From contig CP000068.1 of assembly GCA_000002445.1 (NCBI GenBank), forward strand, positions 736,001 to 800,000: a DNA stretch of 64,000 nucleotides, read 5' to 3'. Every line of letters starts with the position of its first letter. The first letter of the stretch is position 1. The translations under genes were made by a program, and so were the position numbers. The notes below the pieces were generated by a model. The model was given only the letters and a program-made list of their open reading frames with translations. It was not told the origin of the DNA and did not search any database. This stretch comes from Trypanosoma brucei (taxonomy: Eukaryota). Shown here piece by piece: positions 1-10,212 of the stretch.

Positions 1-1
1 G

Positions 2-3000
2 GTGTGTGGCCGTTGCAGGTTACCGGCTGTGTCGTATGAGTTAGTTGTCGGCGAATATATCGAAGAGCGCTTTCAACCAAGTGAGCGGATAAAAGAGTTC
101 TTTAGGGCTGTCTCGTCTCCAACTTCCCGTGTTTCTCTTCTTCATGGTAGCCAGCAGAAACCACCTCTAAATTCACCGTTGCGTTCTGACGGTTTCGCGG
201 CAGAGACGGAGTTACGTGGGGAAACGATAGGTATGACACCATCTTGCGAAAAAACGGCGACTCCCACAAAATTTGAGAGAGCATGGAGCAGCATGCATCA
301 GTTGGTAAAACATACATGCTTCGACGGAGACATACCGCGGAAGTCCGCCCCCATTCCAATGGGTTCTACAAACTTTCCATCAAGCATGCGGTCTTCTCTA
401 TTGTCATCGCCGTATCCAACACAAAATGTATCGTCAGTTAGAGATATTTCCGTTTTTGCTGGCAGAGAATCAGGGCCTGGGGTTGGGTGCACCACGCATG
501 TCACGCCTGCAAGCAACATATCCCCTGTGGCATTTGTTTCTGGGGACCGCTTGCTAGCAAGAGTTGCTTCCAGTTTGTCTGAAAATGAAGAGTTGAGGAG
601 CCTTGGAAGAAAACGGTTGTCACAAGTCTGTGAATCACCATTCAGTGTTGGTGGTGGCGTAGTGAACTTAAGCGGGCGGGCTCCATCATCAGAAGTTCAA
701 GCGCTAGCAGATAATGTTTCTCTGGACATTGGGCGGGATTACGATAATGAAAATATGGATGGTGATATAGAGGAGCAGCGCTTTTTCAAATTGCACGAAA
801 ACCTCTCCAACAGTGAGTGGCGACCTTGGTTTGAGCTGTTCTGCGTTATCCTAGTGGAGTGCAGCGACCACGCATGTGTGAGTAGCTGCACTTCTCTGCT
901 GAGACGGCATTTCAGTATATTTTCCTCCGATATTCTTCCAGTTGCCTTCCTTTCCCATCTGGTTGCATGCGATTGCAAAAGAATGGTGCGGTGGCTAGAG
1001 CTGCTCCGTGACTTCGCATATGCACACGATTATATTCCCCATACGATAGCAGGGGCACTGGCCCAGCTTGCATACAACGTGCGGTTGACTCGAGAGGCCT
1101 TACTTCCCCCCTCATTGGCGAAAACTGTCGCCGAAGAATTTGTCACCTTGGATCTTGTCGCCACACTCGCCGAAAAAGCGCTTGACGCCCCTCTCGTGCT
1201 TGTGTGCGCTGAGGAGAAATTATTATCTGAATTTTCCTGGGAGGCCGCAGCAAGGTTGTACAGAGCTCTAGAAGATTTAAACTATCCATTTCGTACTAAT
1301 ATTTTGTGCAACCAACCCGGCTTTCGCAACGCCATCCGTAAGTTGATGAGAAACTGCAACGGAGAAAAACAGGAAGAACACTGCTGGGATACTCCAGTGT
1401 GCGCTGCAGATGGCGTGCCTGGAGAAAGTGATCATAACTCACCTTTTCCGTGGGAGGTGGCCGATGACGCCACAAGCGTTTTTGGGCTCTCTCCAATGCT
1501 ATGTGGTGTTTGTCCAGTTGCAACAGACCCTAGCAGTTGGAGGCGAGAAGAGAACACGAAGGTGAAGAAACGTATGCCTCCACCAGTGGTGTTGGAGTTT
1601 GCGTGGCCAGAGGTAGCGTTGGGTCAGTACCTCCGCTTAATTTGCATTGGACTGGATGACGTTCACTCTGAAGAGGCTGTTGGAGGTCATAGTTGCCCAA
1701 CAAGTTTGGGGAGAGAGTTACCAGTCAAAATTTCTTCAAACGATGTAGTAGGAGCGATGCGCTGCTACATGCGGGTGTATGATTTTGAGAGTATTTTAAA
1801 TCTCTGGAAGGTCGTGAAGGGTATCCGACTTCTACGGCGAGCTGACGAGAGAGCAGTTAACAACCGTTTCCATGAAATAGAGCGGTCTTTGCTTCGCACG
1901 ATGTGGCCCACATCTGAGTGTCCGACAGAGGCTCACATTGCAAATTTTGTGGTGTCAGCGGCTAAATCGCTTTCTCGATGGGATGTTGTGAAGGAACTGA
2001 GCTACAACGACTTTCTCCCAGACGGTGAAGGCAACTCCCAGTTCACACAGCCATATAGAAGCTTCCCTTTTTATAAGCAGATGGAAATATCTCGTGCCGC
2101 CGCGTTGGTTAAATCGAAGTGCTATGGTGAGGCGAAAGGGGTGCTAGCCCCTTTACGTGCCGCTTTAAGGGATTCATACACCGTATTCTACACTGAAAAT
2201 GCGCGACTCAAAATTGAACTGAGTGTTATGTTTCAGGAAATATCGGACCTCGAGGAAGGCATCAACGCCATAGAGCTTAAGAGAACCACAGGAGGTGCTA
2301 GCAGTGATTTTCCAGCCGGCAGTGGACCCCTTCCTGGCATAGGCACTTCCCATTCAGTGGGCAATTCCGTTTGTGCTTCGCCCGAACTGTGTGGAGAGGG
2401 GAGGGCTGACTATTCACCCTCTTACGCTGGAACGCATGCCGGTCACGAGCAACACTACAGCCAGGGGAAAAGATGTATGGCTTATACGGAGGCCACGATG
2501 CGTCGCCTACAGAACATTGCTGGTCGTCTTCTTCCTGAACACAGCACTATTCTTCAGCGGTTTGAGATAATAGCCCTCCGAAGCACCCTCGGTCCTCCGG
2601 AATGGCAACTGCAAAATATTCTGATATTGTGTGAACGCATTGCCGAAGAGGGTAAACCACGACGTGCTGTACAAGCGATTGAACATTTTCTTACCCCTCC
2701 TATCGATGATGCTGATCGGGAAGGATATCGCGAATACAGAAGTAGTTTAATGTTGGAAAAGTACCGTATCGGACTGCAACACCTGTGTGACCCGCAAGAT
2801 CTTGAGAGTTTGTCACATCAAATTGCTTGGGAGATGTCCATTGATATTGATATGTTCACCGGAAGCCAACCCACTCCTGTGCAGTTGGCTGCAGAGGATC
2901 CGAGTTCATGTTTACGCTGTGCATACACAGGTGCCATCGGCCAAGAACGCAGTGAGTCAATGTTGCTTCTCTTGTTGTGTCAGCGCAAGATGGTTCGTGC

Positions 3001-6000
3001 TAAACGGCGACAAAGACACTGTTTTTCTTCCGGTAGCGCAATAGGCGCTTCAAACGGCTTTGCGGCGGAACCCGTAGAAAGTGTAAACGTTATATCTTCA
3101 CAATCTGAAGACAATGGTTCGTCTAAGATCAGGAGCCCATTGTGCAGTAATGGGGCCACTGGACGAGTAGAGTGCACTATCGACTGCCCTAGGAGTGATG
3201 CTGAAATCGTTCGTGAGTACTATCGTATCGAGGAAATTGTTAGCACACATGAAGCAACGGCCTCTGTTTGGCGCGAGTTGGGGTTGCTGCTGTTTGATGT
3301 ATGCATGGCCATATACAAGGAGTGGGTTTGTACGCGCGAGTCCAAGACGCTCAGCAATTTCTGCATACGGTCGAAGGAAGCGATCAGTGCACTGCAGAAG
3401 GCTGTTACGATTTGGAACACTCAAACATTCAGTTCAATCTCCGGAGTTGGTCCATATCAGAGCACTTCTGTGCGTCGCCTGCGTCACTCTCGCACCGCAC
3501 TACCGGTTGTTCACCTCCTTTTGAAGTCGTTACATCTGGCGATGATGTTAAGCGATATTTTGAGCGATGAAGCGCATCTTAAGTGTTTGAATAACGTCGG
3601 AAGCACGTCCCCTACGGCAGCTGAAGCCTCGGAAAAATGCGATGATGATTACATCGGTGGCGACTTTCACCAAGCACCGAGGAGTAGTTGTGCTGATTCA
3701 GTCAATGAGGTGCTGGAGGACAGCAAGCCATGGTCTGAGGGCATGGGTTTCTTGAATTTGGATTTCTCGCCTGGAATGCATCTGCACTGGGGATGTGCAT
3801 TACCGTTCTTGATAAACGCCGCCGCGCGATACGATGAGCTGCGTAGCGTGGTGCGTGATATGTGTTCGCATTCACGGGTTATGCTGTACCAGTGTGTGTA
3901 TCAGTTGGTTTCTCTTGACCACAACTACTCTGATGGGTGCAAAACAGAAAGGGAACTAAGTCACGAGCACAATAACCCTTGTGGTCTGCGGTCCCCTTCC
4001 TGTATTTCAACCGCTGCGCCGTCGGTACCTTGCTCGCAAGTCCCCGTGGAAGAACAGCTTCTGGCGGAGGACACCGTTAAACGGATGGCTACGCAGGAAC
4101 CACAGGAAGAAAGGTCGCAAAGGTTTGGTCAGTTCACTGACATTCTTTCTAATCTGGGGACTGTAAGTGAAGAGCATAGAACGGTTATTGATCAAACATT
4201 GCAGTTCTGCGAATTCGTGATGGGCGACAAAGGGACAACCCTCATTCTTGGCGGTTGCGCCTTGCCTGTACCTCTGTGGAACCTCCAGCGCTACATGGCC
4301 ATGACGTGTTTGACAGGGGAAACGACTGGCAAATTCTGCGAAGCAGTCAAAGCTGGATCGACTGGTGCGGTTAGGGCAGCATTGGTTTCTGGGGTGTGTA
4401 GTACCAGTGTCGAGTTGCAACGTATTCAACAAGTACGCCGTCAAATGTGTTGTCCTTCCGCGGAGGGAACACAAGAAGAAGTATTCGTGCTTCTGCTATC
4501 TGATGGAACAATGCCACGCTTTCACCGATTTATTCCCACGGGAGGTTCTTCTACAGACTGTGGAGGTAAAACCAGTGGGGGAGCAGTACCTATCACACAG
4601 CCGTTCCACGCAAGTCCGTGCGATGTACGTCGAAATACAAAAGGGTTGAACTGTCCCTCAGCTCTTTTCTCCGATGTGAATTCTTTTTTCTCCCAGCCCT
4701 GTGAATCAAGCACCCCTGTACCGGTAGCGAACCATTTTGTCCGTTTTACTGCAGACCAACGTCAGTTTCCCGGTTTCCAGGAACCTTCTAACTATGTGCC
4801 CCCAATTGCGGCGATGGAATGTGTGATCAGCTGTTTACTAGGTCACTTGCCCGTTCGGTATCTCCGCAGGCCTCTGGTGTTGCCACTAGGATTGAAGGAT
4901 TTCATCACCCAATTACCTAACGTTGCCGTCACTTCCTCCAACTGGCAGATGAAGTTGCCGCCGTCGCTGCAGGCTAAGTGTACTGCATTCATGGGACGCC
5001 AACCGTTGTCACTCTTTCATATTCTTAATGAGTACAAGAAACATTTGTTCAGTAATTCGGCCCTCGACGGACGGCGGGATGATCATCACGGGTGTCAGAG
5101 TAGAGTTTTTAGTGGCGGAAGTGACGGCTCACCGAGGTGTAGTCCCGTGGCCAAGGCTGAGATGCGTGCAGCTTCCCCACCACATCATCGGCGGCATCGC
5201 AGCAAGAAAAGAGGGCTTTCAACGCAGTATGAACAACGTTTGGCGCATGCTTTTGACTATGGGAGTATTCAACCACTCTGCTCATTCATTGAAAAGAATC
5301 TGGAAGTCACATCTTCGGCGACTCAACTGCCCAGACCTGCGGCGCAGATGGAGGCTTTGTATAGCGAGTTGGTGAAACTCCTTCCTCGTTGTTCATGTAA
5401 TAGGCGTGGAACGAAGCCTGAGTCAGGACCATCGCCAACAGAAAGTGGTACCCAGGTGAGTAAGGGAAGTGAGGGTGATCCTGTGGCTGCTGGTGAAACC
5501 TTTTCCGTGTCATCAACACAATGCAAATGCCCTAATACAAACTGGACACAGCTAGATGAATCACTACTGACCGAAGTGCGGCTGATAATTTTACGACACG
5601 AGGCACCACTGTATACTGATGCACTTCAGCTTTCACTTTACACGGCATCAACCGATGCAGGTAAATGGTTAAATATCGTTCAAACCTTTACAGGTGAGCT
5701 GGCAGAGTGTAGCATGATCGAGTACTTGTTGGACGTAACAGATCGTGAGTCCACCACGTTTTTTGTGGATACAGCAACAGGACATGTTGCAACGCACTGC
5801 TTGGGTGGTCATGCGTTGCAGAGACGTCGTCAATCAAGACACTCCGTGGCCTTTCAGCACAGCCAATCGCTTAACGGCGGAGAACCGGCAACGACAGAAA
5901 CGGGACCAAAAGCAGATGAAGAAGATGTGGATGTGACACCAGGCAGTTCCCCCTTTCCATGCACGGATCCTACGATCTTCCGCCTGACAGGGTCTCTGCT

Positions 6001-7099
6001 CGCTGTCTTGCCCCTGAAGTGCCCCTTCGGTGTTTTTCTCAGTACCGCGACGCAGTGCCTGTTTTCTATGCTTCGGTATCAGACAGACCTCGTCGGGATC
6101 GTCAAATATGGTCTTGAAGACCTGAGGGGGTTCGCCTGCCGCCACGTTCCCCTCCAACAAGAACAGTTTCCTGAGAGCACACGAGGTTTTAACGCCGAGT
6201 CGGGGAGGCGGCCCACAAGTGAGCACGGAAGGGGGAGCACAGATGTGGATTCTATACCAGGAGGTTTGGGGTTATCTCCATATGCGGGGTTATCACCGAA
6301 GGGATCGAACAACCAAGTACCCACTTGTGTTTCACATCGTCCAGGGGAGGTGCGAGTGAACACATTTTCTATAGCAGATGCCTCGGGGGCGTCACTGCAC
6401 TCGGCGTTTACCGGGGGGACGTTGCGAGACGGTTCCCCACGTAATACGCCAGAGTCCACAAACTCACAACCCCCATTGCATTCAACACAGGATGTCATCA
6501 CTGCGCACGAGAAGACAGTGAGGTGTGAAGTGCAAGAACCATTTCCGCATGCGATGGAGAGTTGGGTGGTGGCGAATAAAGGACAAGGTGCCACCGTCGA
6601 TGGGGCACCGTTGAGGAGAAAATCATCGTCCGCCGCGGTATTGGGACTCATTTCGGGGATTTCAGTGAAGAAAGCCGCACAGCAACGTTCACTTAACTTG
6701 GATTTACCCAAGCTTTTTGATTGCGCTTCTATCTTCGTGAAACTTAGCGATGATTTGTTGCCGATGCGTAGAGAACCAGCTGTCGAGGCTTTTTCTGGAC
6801 TACAGAGTAAAAGTTTCAAAGACTCAGTTGACACCCTCCGCTGTGAGAGGGCTCGTGAAGATTTAAAGGCCACTGGGTCCCTGCAACATGCAACGAGTGA
6901 TACCGAAGTCGAAGAAAAACGTATGCTGCAGCCTGATAAAAGTTGTAACGCTCACCCACATAATGCGAATGTGGCAATCACCGCACGAACTGTTGAGAGC
7001 CGCGTGGTTCAACTGATTAATGCTGCTGTAAATAACAAAAATCTTATAGGAACTACAGATGTTCCACATCGATGGCGTAGTTGGGCACCGCAGTGGTGA
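2..7099 (+). CDS. Very large hypothetical protein. It is 5'-truncated by the window edge, with at least 2365 aa present and no recognisable catalytic motif.
   Basis: A continuous 7.1-kb ORF in frame 2 running into the window start. Codon usage and coding strand match the neighbouring genes. No domain was recognised by eye. Confidence 0.6.
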   Translation: MCGRCRLPAVSYELVVGEYIEERFQPSERIKEFFRAVSSPTSRVSLLHGSQQKPPLNSPLRSDGFAAETELRGETIGMTPSCEKTATPTKFERAWSSMHQLVKHTCFDGDIPRKSAPIPMGSTNFPSSMRSSLLSSPYPTQNVSSVRDISVFAGRESGPGVGCTTHVTPASNISPVAFVSGDRLLARVASSLSENEELRSLGRKRLSQVCESPFSVGGGVVNLSGRAPSSEVQALADNVSLDIGRDYDNENMDGDIEEQRFFKLHENLSNSEWRPWFELFCVILVECSDHACVSSCTSLLRRHFSIFSSDILPVAFLSHLVACDCKRMVRWLELLRDFAYAHDYIPHTIAGALAQLAYNVRLTREALLPPSLAKTVAEEFVTLDLVATLAEKALDAPLVLVCAEEKLLSEFSWEAAARLYRALEDLNYPFRTNILCNQPGFRNAIRKLMRNCNGEKQEEHCWDTPVCAADGVPGESDHNSPFPWEVADDATSVFGLSPMLCGVCPVATDPSSWRREENTKVKKRMPPPVVLEFAWPEVALGQYLRLICIGLDDVHSEEAVGGHSCPTSLGRELPVKISSNDVVGAMRCYMRVYDFESILNLWKVVKGIRLLRRADERAVNNRFHEIERSLLRTMWPTSECPTEAHIANFVVSAAKSLSRWDVVKELSYNDFLPDGEGNSQFTQPYRSFPFYKQMEISRAAALVKSKCYGEAKGVLAPLRAALRDSYTVFYTENARLKIELSVMFQEISDLEEGINAIELKRTTGGASSDFPAGSGPLPGIGTSHSVGNSVCASPELCGEGRADYSPSYAGTHAGHEQHYSQGKRCMAYTEATMRRLQNIAGRLLPEHSTILQRFEIIALRSTLGPPEWQLQNILILCERIAEEGKPRRAVQAIEHFLTPPIDDADREGYREYRSSLMLEKYRIGLQHLCDPQDLESLSHQIAWEMSIDIDMFTGSQPTPVQLAAEDPSSCLRCAYTGAIGQERSESMLLLLLCQRKMVRAKRRQRHCFSSGSAIGASNGFAAEPVESVNVISSQSEDNGSSKIRSPLCSNGATGRVECTIDCPRSDAEIVREYYRIEEIVSTHEATASVWRELGLLLFDVCMAIYKEWVCTRESKTLSNFCIRSKEAISALQKAVTIWNTQTFSSISGVGPYQSTSVRRLRHSRTALPVVHLLLKSLHLAMMLSDILSDEAHLKCLNNVGSTSPTAAEASEKCDDDYIGGDFHQAPRSSCADSVNEVLEDSKPWSEGMGFLNLDFSPGMHLHWGCALPFLINAAARYDELRSVVRDMCSHSRVMLYQCVYQLVSLDHNYSDGCKTERELSHEHNNPCGLRSPSCISTAAPSVPCSQVPVEEQLLAEDTVKRMATQEPQEERSQRFGQFTDILSNLGTVSEEHRTVIDQTLQFCEFVMGDKGTTLILGGCALPVPLWNLQRYMAMTCLTGETTGKFCEAVKAGSTGAVRAALVSGVCSTSVELQRIQQVRRQMCCPSAEGTQEEVFVLLLSDGTMPRFHRFIPTGGSSTDCGGKTSGGAVPITQPFHASPCDVRRNTKGLNCPSALFSDVNSFFSQPCESSTPVPVANHFVRFTADQRQFPGFQEPSNYVPPIAAMECVISCLLGHLPVRYLRRPLVLPLGLKDFITQLPNVAVTSSNWQMKLPPSLQAKCTAFMGRQPLSLFHILNEYKKHLFSNSALDGRRDDHHGCQSRVFSGGSDGSPRCSPVAKAEMRAASPPHHRRHRSKKRGLSTQYEQRLAHAFDYGSIQPLCSFIEKNLEVTSSATQLPRPAAQMEALYSELVKLLPRCSCNRRGTKPESGPSPTESGTQVSKGSEGDPVAAGETFSVSSTQCKCPNTNWTQLDESLLTEVRLIILRHEAPLYTDALQLSLYTASTDAGKWLNIVQTFTGELAECSMIEYLLDVTDRESTTFFVDTATGHVATHCLGGHALQRRRQSRHSVAFQHSQSLNGGEPATTETGPKADEEDVDVTPGSSPFPCTDPTIFRLTGSLLAVLPLKCPFGVFLSTATQCLFSMLRYQTDLVGIVKYGLEDLRGFACRHVPLQQEQFPESTRGFNAESGRRPTSEHGRGSTDVDSIPGGLGLSPYAGLSPKGSNNQVPTCVSHRPGEVRVNTFSIADASGASLHSAFTGGTLRDGSPRNTPESTNSQPPLHSTQDVITAHEKTVRCEVQEPFPHAMESWVVANKGQGATVDGAPLRRKSSSAAVLGLISGISVKKAAQQRSLNLDLPKLFDCASIFVKLSDDLLPMRREPAVEAFSGLQSKSFKDSVDTLRCERAREDLKATGSLQHATSDTEVEEKRMLQPDKSCNAHPHNANVAITARTVESRVVQLINAAVNNKNLIGTTDVPHRWRSWAPQW

Positions 7100-7665
7100 A
7101 GTTGCTGCTGGCTGTCCGTATTTTGATCTCCGCATTGCCACTGTGGGCGGAGTGCGGAGTCGTTGCTCATTCTTTATGTGTCATTCTTTTTTTAGCTGGC
7201 GTGTCCTTTTTTTTATTTTCGAATTTCCCCACCTTTCACCTCTCACTTCCGAATAAAAATTCACGAGGCGATCTCACACCCCTTTTACCGATGTAACACT
7301 TCTCCAGTTGCAGAGAGCACACCAGGAAAAGTTGACACAGTAGAGCGTGCTTTTTTTTTTTTGTACACTTCCTCTCACTGAACTCTTGATACGCTTCGCT
7401 TGTGAGCATAGGTGCTAAGCATGTACTCTTTGTATTTTAGACTTCAAGTTATTTTTAGCGTTTCCTTTTTTCTTCAGGATATTGTTATTCACTTTGAATT
7501 AGTTTAGTATTCAATTGTTGGATGCGTGTGTCCTTGTCTTGTTGAGTGAGATTAGCAAGAAAAAAAAAAGCATCAAAATCGCATTTTGTATTACACCTAC
7601 TCATTTTGCGTAAATATACCAGCAAACAGAGTGAAGGGTAAACTCGAGGGCCACAATACCTTTCG

Positions 7666-9303
7666 ATGTTGGAGGGACTATGCGTGCGCAAGGCTGTGGA
7701 GCGTCTGCGGCATAAGACATCACAACAGCGGCAACTCGTTAATGAGATGCGGGAACGCGCTGATGCCCTTACTGCAAGTGGCCTCGCTGCTGCTCGTGCA
7801 AGGCGGGACCCGGCTGCGCAGAAGCTGCAGCACCAGGAACCTTGCTTTGTGGAGGTAGCAAGCAGCAGCAACCTGCAGCGCGGTTTCTCTCCTGATTGTA
7901 TGCTAAGTGGCGTCGCGATTGGTGTGTCGGATACGCTTGACGTGCGAGAGTTTTGCACGCGGTACGGGACTCAGTCACAGCTACTGCAGCAGATGCCACA
8001 AACAGAATTTCCTTTCGTCTCCTGGCTTCGCCGCCATGGTGCCCAGTTTGTCGGAAAGTTGGCGTGTCGGACACCGCTGACAATCGATGAGGCAAGTCTG
8101 ATTGTTTCTGACAACCCTGCTGCCGTGGCCGTTTCTCGGAATGCGTGTAACTACGCCATCAGTTCCTCGCTTATGGGGCCTGCAGCCCTGACATCCCCCT
8201 TACATCATCCTATTGCTTCATTTAAACCCACAGCGCAGTCGTTTGCGACATTTGCGGAGGGTTATCGACTCTCGGTTCCGTCCATGTCCTTCGGTATAAC
8301 CGCGGGGACTCTCGATGATATATTTTATTTGTGGGAAGTATTTACGTCAGCCATTCAACCAGCCTCATTCTTTGACACTCAGAGCGGTGATACAACCGAT
8401 GGGAATGACGGGAATGCCGTCACCGATAGCAATAAGGCCACCGGATCCACGAAACGGAGGCGCCCGGTGCCCTCCCCTCCAAATGACTCGAGCGCGAACC
8501 GTTATGGATATGCCAGTGTAGGAAGGTTCAAACGTTCGATTAGTGATGGGTATTCAAGTTTACGAGGGAGTCGGCCAACAAGTGGGGAGGAGGAATTGAT
8601 TGGACCACACATTGAACTTTCTGTCGGTTATCCCGCGGATTGGATTGATGCCCTTTGCCATGAGCGACTCTTGTCGGCTGACGAGTTCCGCCGCCGCATT
8701 CTTCGGCTTGTTTCCACACGCAATTCTATGCGAAAGAATGAAGTTTTGGAGGTCATTCCACTCACTATTGACATTGACCTGGAGGAGGTAGTGCAGGCAA
8801 CACAAACAATCGGCCTTTACGAGCTTTCACAAGCCTTCGATCGCCTCTTCTTCTGGAACACTCATTCGGACGGAAGAGATCCGTGCTTATCATCATCATC
8901 ATCCACATCCGGAAAAGCGGGCGTACTGGAGGAACTTCCGGAAGAACTAGTGTCTGCAATTTTTAATGGTAGAGCGCTGACCAGTCTTGACTACCATCGT
9001 GCACTGCGAACGCGTGACAGTGTTGTGAGGGCAACAGAGGAACAGTTTCGTGACGTCGACTTCATATTAACTCCGATGTTGTCAGAACCGTACGTAAACA
9101 GCAGCATGAGAAGCATCGCACTCCTGCTCCCGTTTTCACTCGGTGGGAATCCAATGGTTTCGTTGCAGTTAGAACCGGACTTTCCTGTCGTGCTTATTGG
9201 TGAGTTAGGTCGGGATACGGGATTGTTTGAGGATAGCACTACGTTTCTTCAGTTCGTGCAAGGAACATCACCAGGATGGTGGCGGAGAAAGTTTATGAGG
9301 TGA
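7666..9303 (+). CDS. Hypothetical protein, 545 aa.
   Basis: ATG-initiated 1.6-kb ORF on the PTU coding strand, with a polypyrimidine tract upstream (around 7440-7480). No confident family assignment. Confidence 0.5.
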   Translation: MLEGLCVRKAVERLRHKTSQQRQLVNEMRERADALTASGLAAARARRDPAAQKLQHQEPCFVEVASSSNLQRGFSPDCMLSGVAIGVSDTLDVREFCTRYGTQSQLLQQMPQTEFPFVSWLRRHGAQFVGKLACRTPLTIDEASLIVSDNPAAVAVSRNACNYAISSSLMGPAALTSPLHHPIASFKPTAQSFATFAEGYRLSVPSMSFGITAGTLDDIFYLWEVFTSAIQPASFFDTQSGDTTDGNDGNAVTDSNKATGSTKRRRPVPSPPNDSSANRYGYASVGRFKRSISDGYSSLRGSRPTSGEEELIGPHIELSVGYPADWIDALCHERLLSADEFRRRILRLVSTRNSMRKNEVLEVIPLTIDIDLEEVVQATQTIGLYELSQAFDRLFFWNTHSDGRDPCLSSSSSTSGKAGVLEELPEELVSAIFNGRALTSLDYHRALRTRDSVVRATEEQFRDVDFILTPMLSEPYVNSSMRSIALLLPFSLGGNPMVSLQLEPDFPVVLIGELGRDTGLFEDSTTFLQFVQGTSPGWWRRKFMR

Positions 9304-9619
9304 TTTATTGCGTATGATGTTTGATTTCGTCTGGTTGACGTTGTCGACATGATTAACTGTTTCCCCTCTCGGTTAATGCAACTTCGCGGTTGTCACTATT
9401 TTTAGTGCAACGTGCTCCATTCCCGGTTTTGTAAGCTGGGGCATTAATTGTGTGTTGTTGTTTTCACGGCGTGACACTGAAATTTCCTCATTTGTTCTCT
9501 TTATTGATGTTTAGGCTCCACTTAGCTTCACCGAAATGACCTCCGCTCCTTTTTCCTCCCTTTGAACGGCTGCCTACCTCAGCATATACGATGCTTTTTG
9601 CTGCAGCTAACAGTTTGAT

Positions 9620-9703
9620 GTGATGAATTTTAAGCTTAGGACACCTTTGGACGCAGGGACCCTGCGATTGAAAACAGTGAAACTTGATCGATTCGTACAC
9701 TGA
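9620..9703 (+). ncRNA. Candidate C/D box snoRNA, copy 1 of an exact 84-nt tandem duplicate.
   Basis: The unit starts with GUGAUGA (C box) at 9620-9626 and ends with CUGA (D box) at 9700-9703. It also has an internal CUGCGA and a UUGAUCGA (C'-like). It is 84 nt long and identical to 9813-9896. It lies in an intergenic region, which is where trypanosomatid snoRNA clusters sit. Confidence 0.5.
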
Positions 9704-9812
9704 CTAACCTTTCCTTTCTCTTATTTTTTTTGTCCCTTCTGTACCTGAAGCGTTGCGGTGGCACCGGTTCTTGCCTCAAGTGCCGCGTGGCACAACATGT
9801 TGTCGACACCCC

Positions 9813-9896
9813 GTGATGAATTTTAAGCTTAGGACACCTTTGGACGCAGGGACCCTGCGATTGAAAACAGTGAAACTTGATCGATTCGTACACTGA
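9813..9896 (+). ncRNA. Candidate C/D box snoRNA, copy 2, 100% identical to 9620-9703.
   Basis: Same 84-nt sequence bounded by GUGAUGA (9813-9819) and CUGA (9893-9896). The flanks diverge immediately outside the boxes. The period is 193 bp. Confidence 0.5.
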
Positions 9897-10212
9897 TTTC
9901 CATTTGTATTTTTTCCCATTCTACCCAAGTTCTTTCTCCTCCCACGAAAATGTGTCAAATCACCTACTCCTCCATTTTCCCTGTTTGTGTAGCTCTTTGC
10001 AGGCTGTCTATCGTATTTTCCTATTTGTTTGCATGGGTGCCTGTTTTCTTGAAAATGGCGCTAGACATATTTTTTCCTTCTAACCCTGCGATCACCTCTT
10101 GCGTTCAATATATATATTTTTATATATATCTTGTCTAAATGACATGAAAATAAAACTACTAGGAGGTTACAGTTCACTAGCACAACGCTGTTAAGGACCT
10201 CATTATTCAGGT

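Noticed and set aside
6079-6873. 264-aa minus-strand ORF.
   Set aside because: It is embedded antisense within the giant + strand ORF, has no start context or motifs, and is inconsistent with PTU polarity.
7666-9303. Possible amidase assignment based on 'SGVAIGVSDTLDV'.
   Set aside because: The Gly/Ser-rich amidase signature (GGSSGG...) and the Ser-cisSer-Lys context are absent. The resemblance is superficial.
9488-9893. Two minus-strand ORFs of 70 and 85 aa sharing an identical N-terminus, 'MYESIKFHCFQSQGPCVQRCPKLKIHH'.
   Set aside because: The shared sequence is the reverse-complement translation of the 84-nt tandem repeat. The identity is at the nucleotide level, including synonymous positions, and is explained by the snoRNA-like repeat, not by protein coding.
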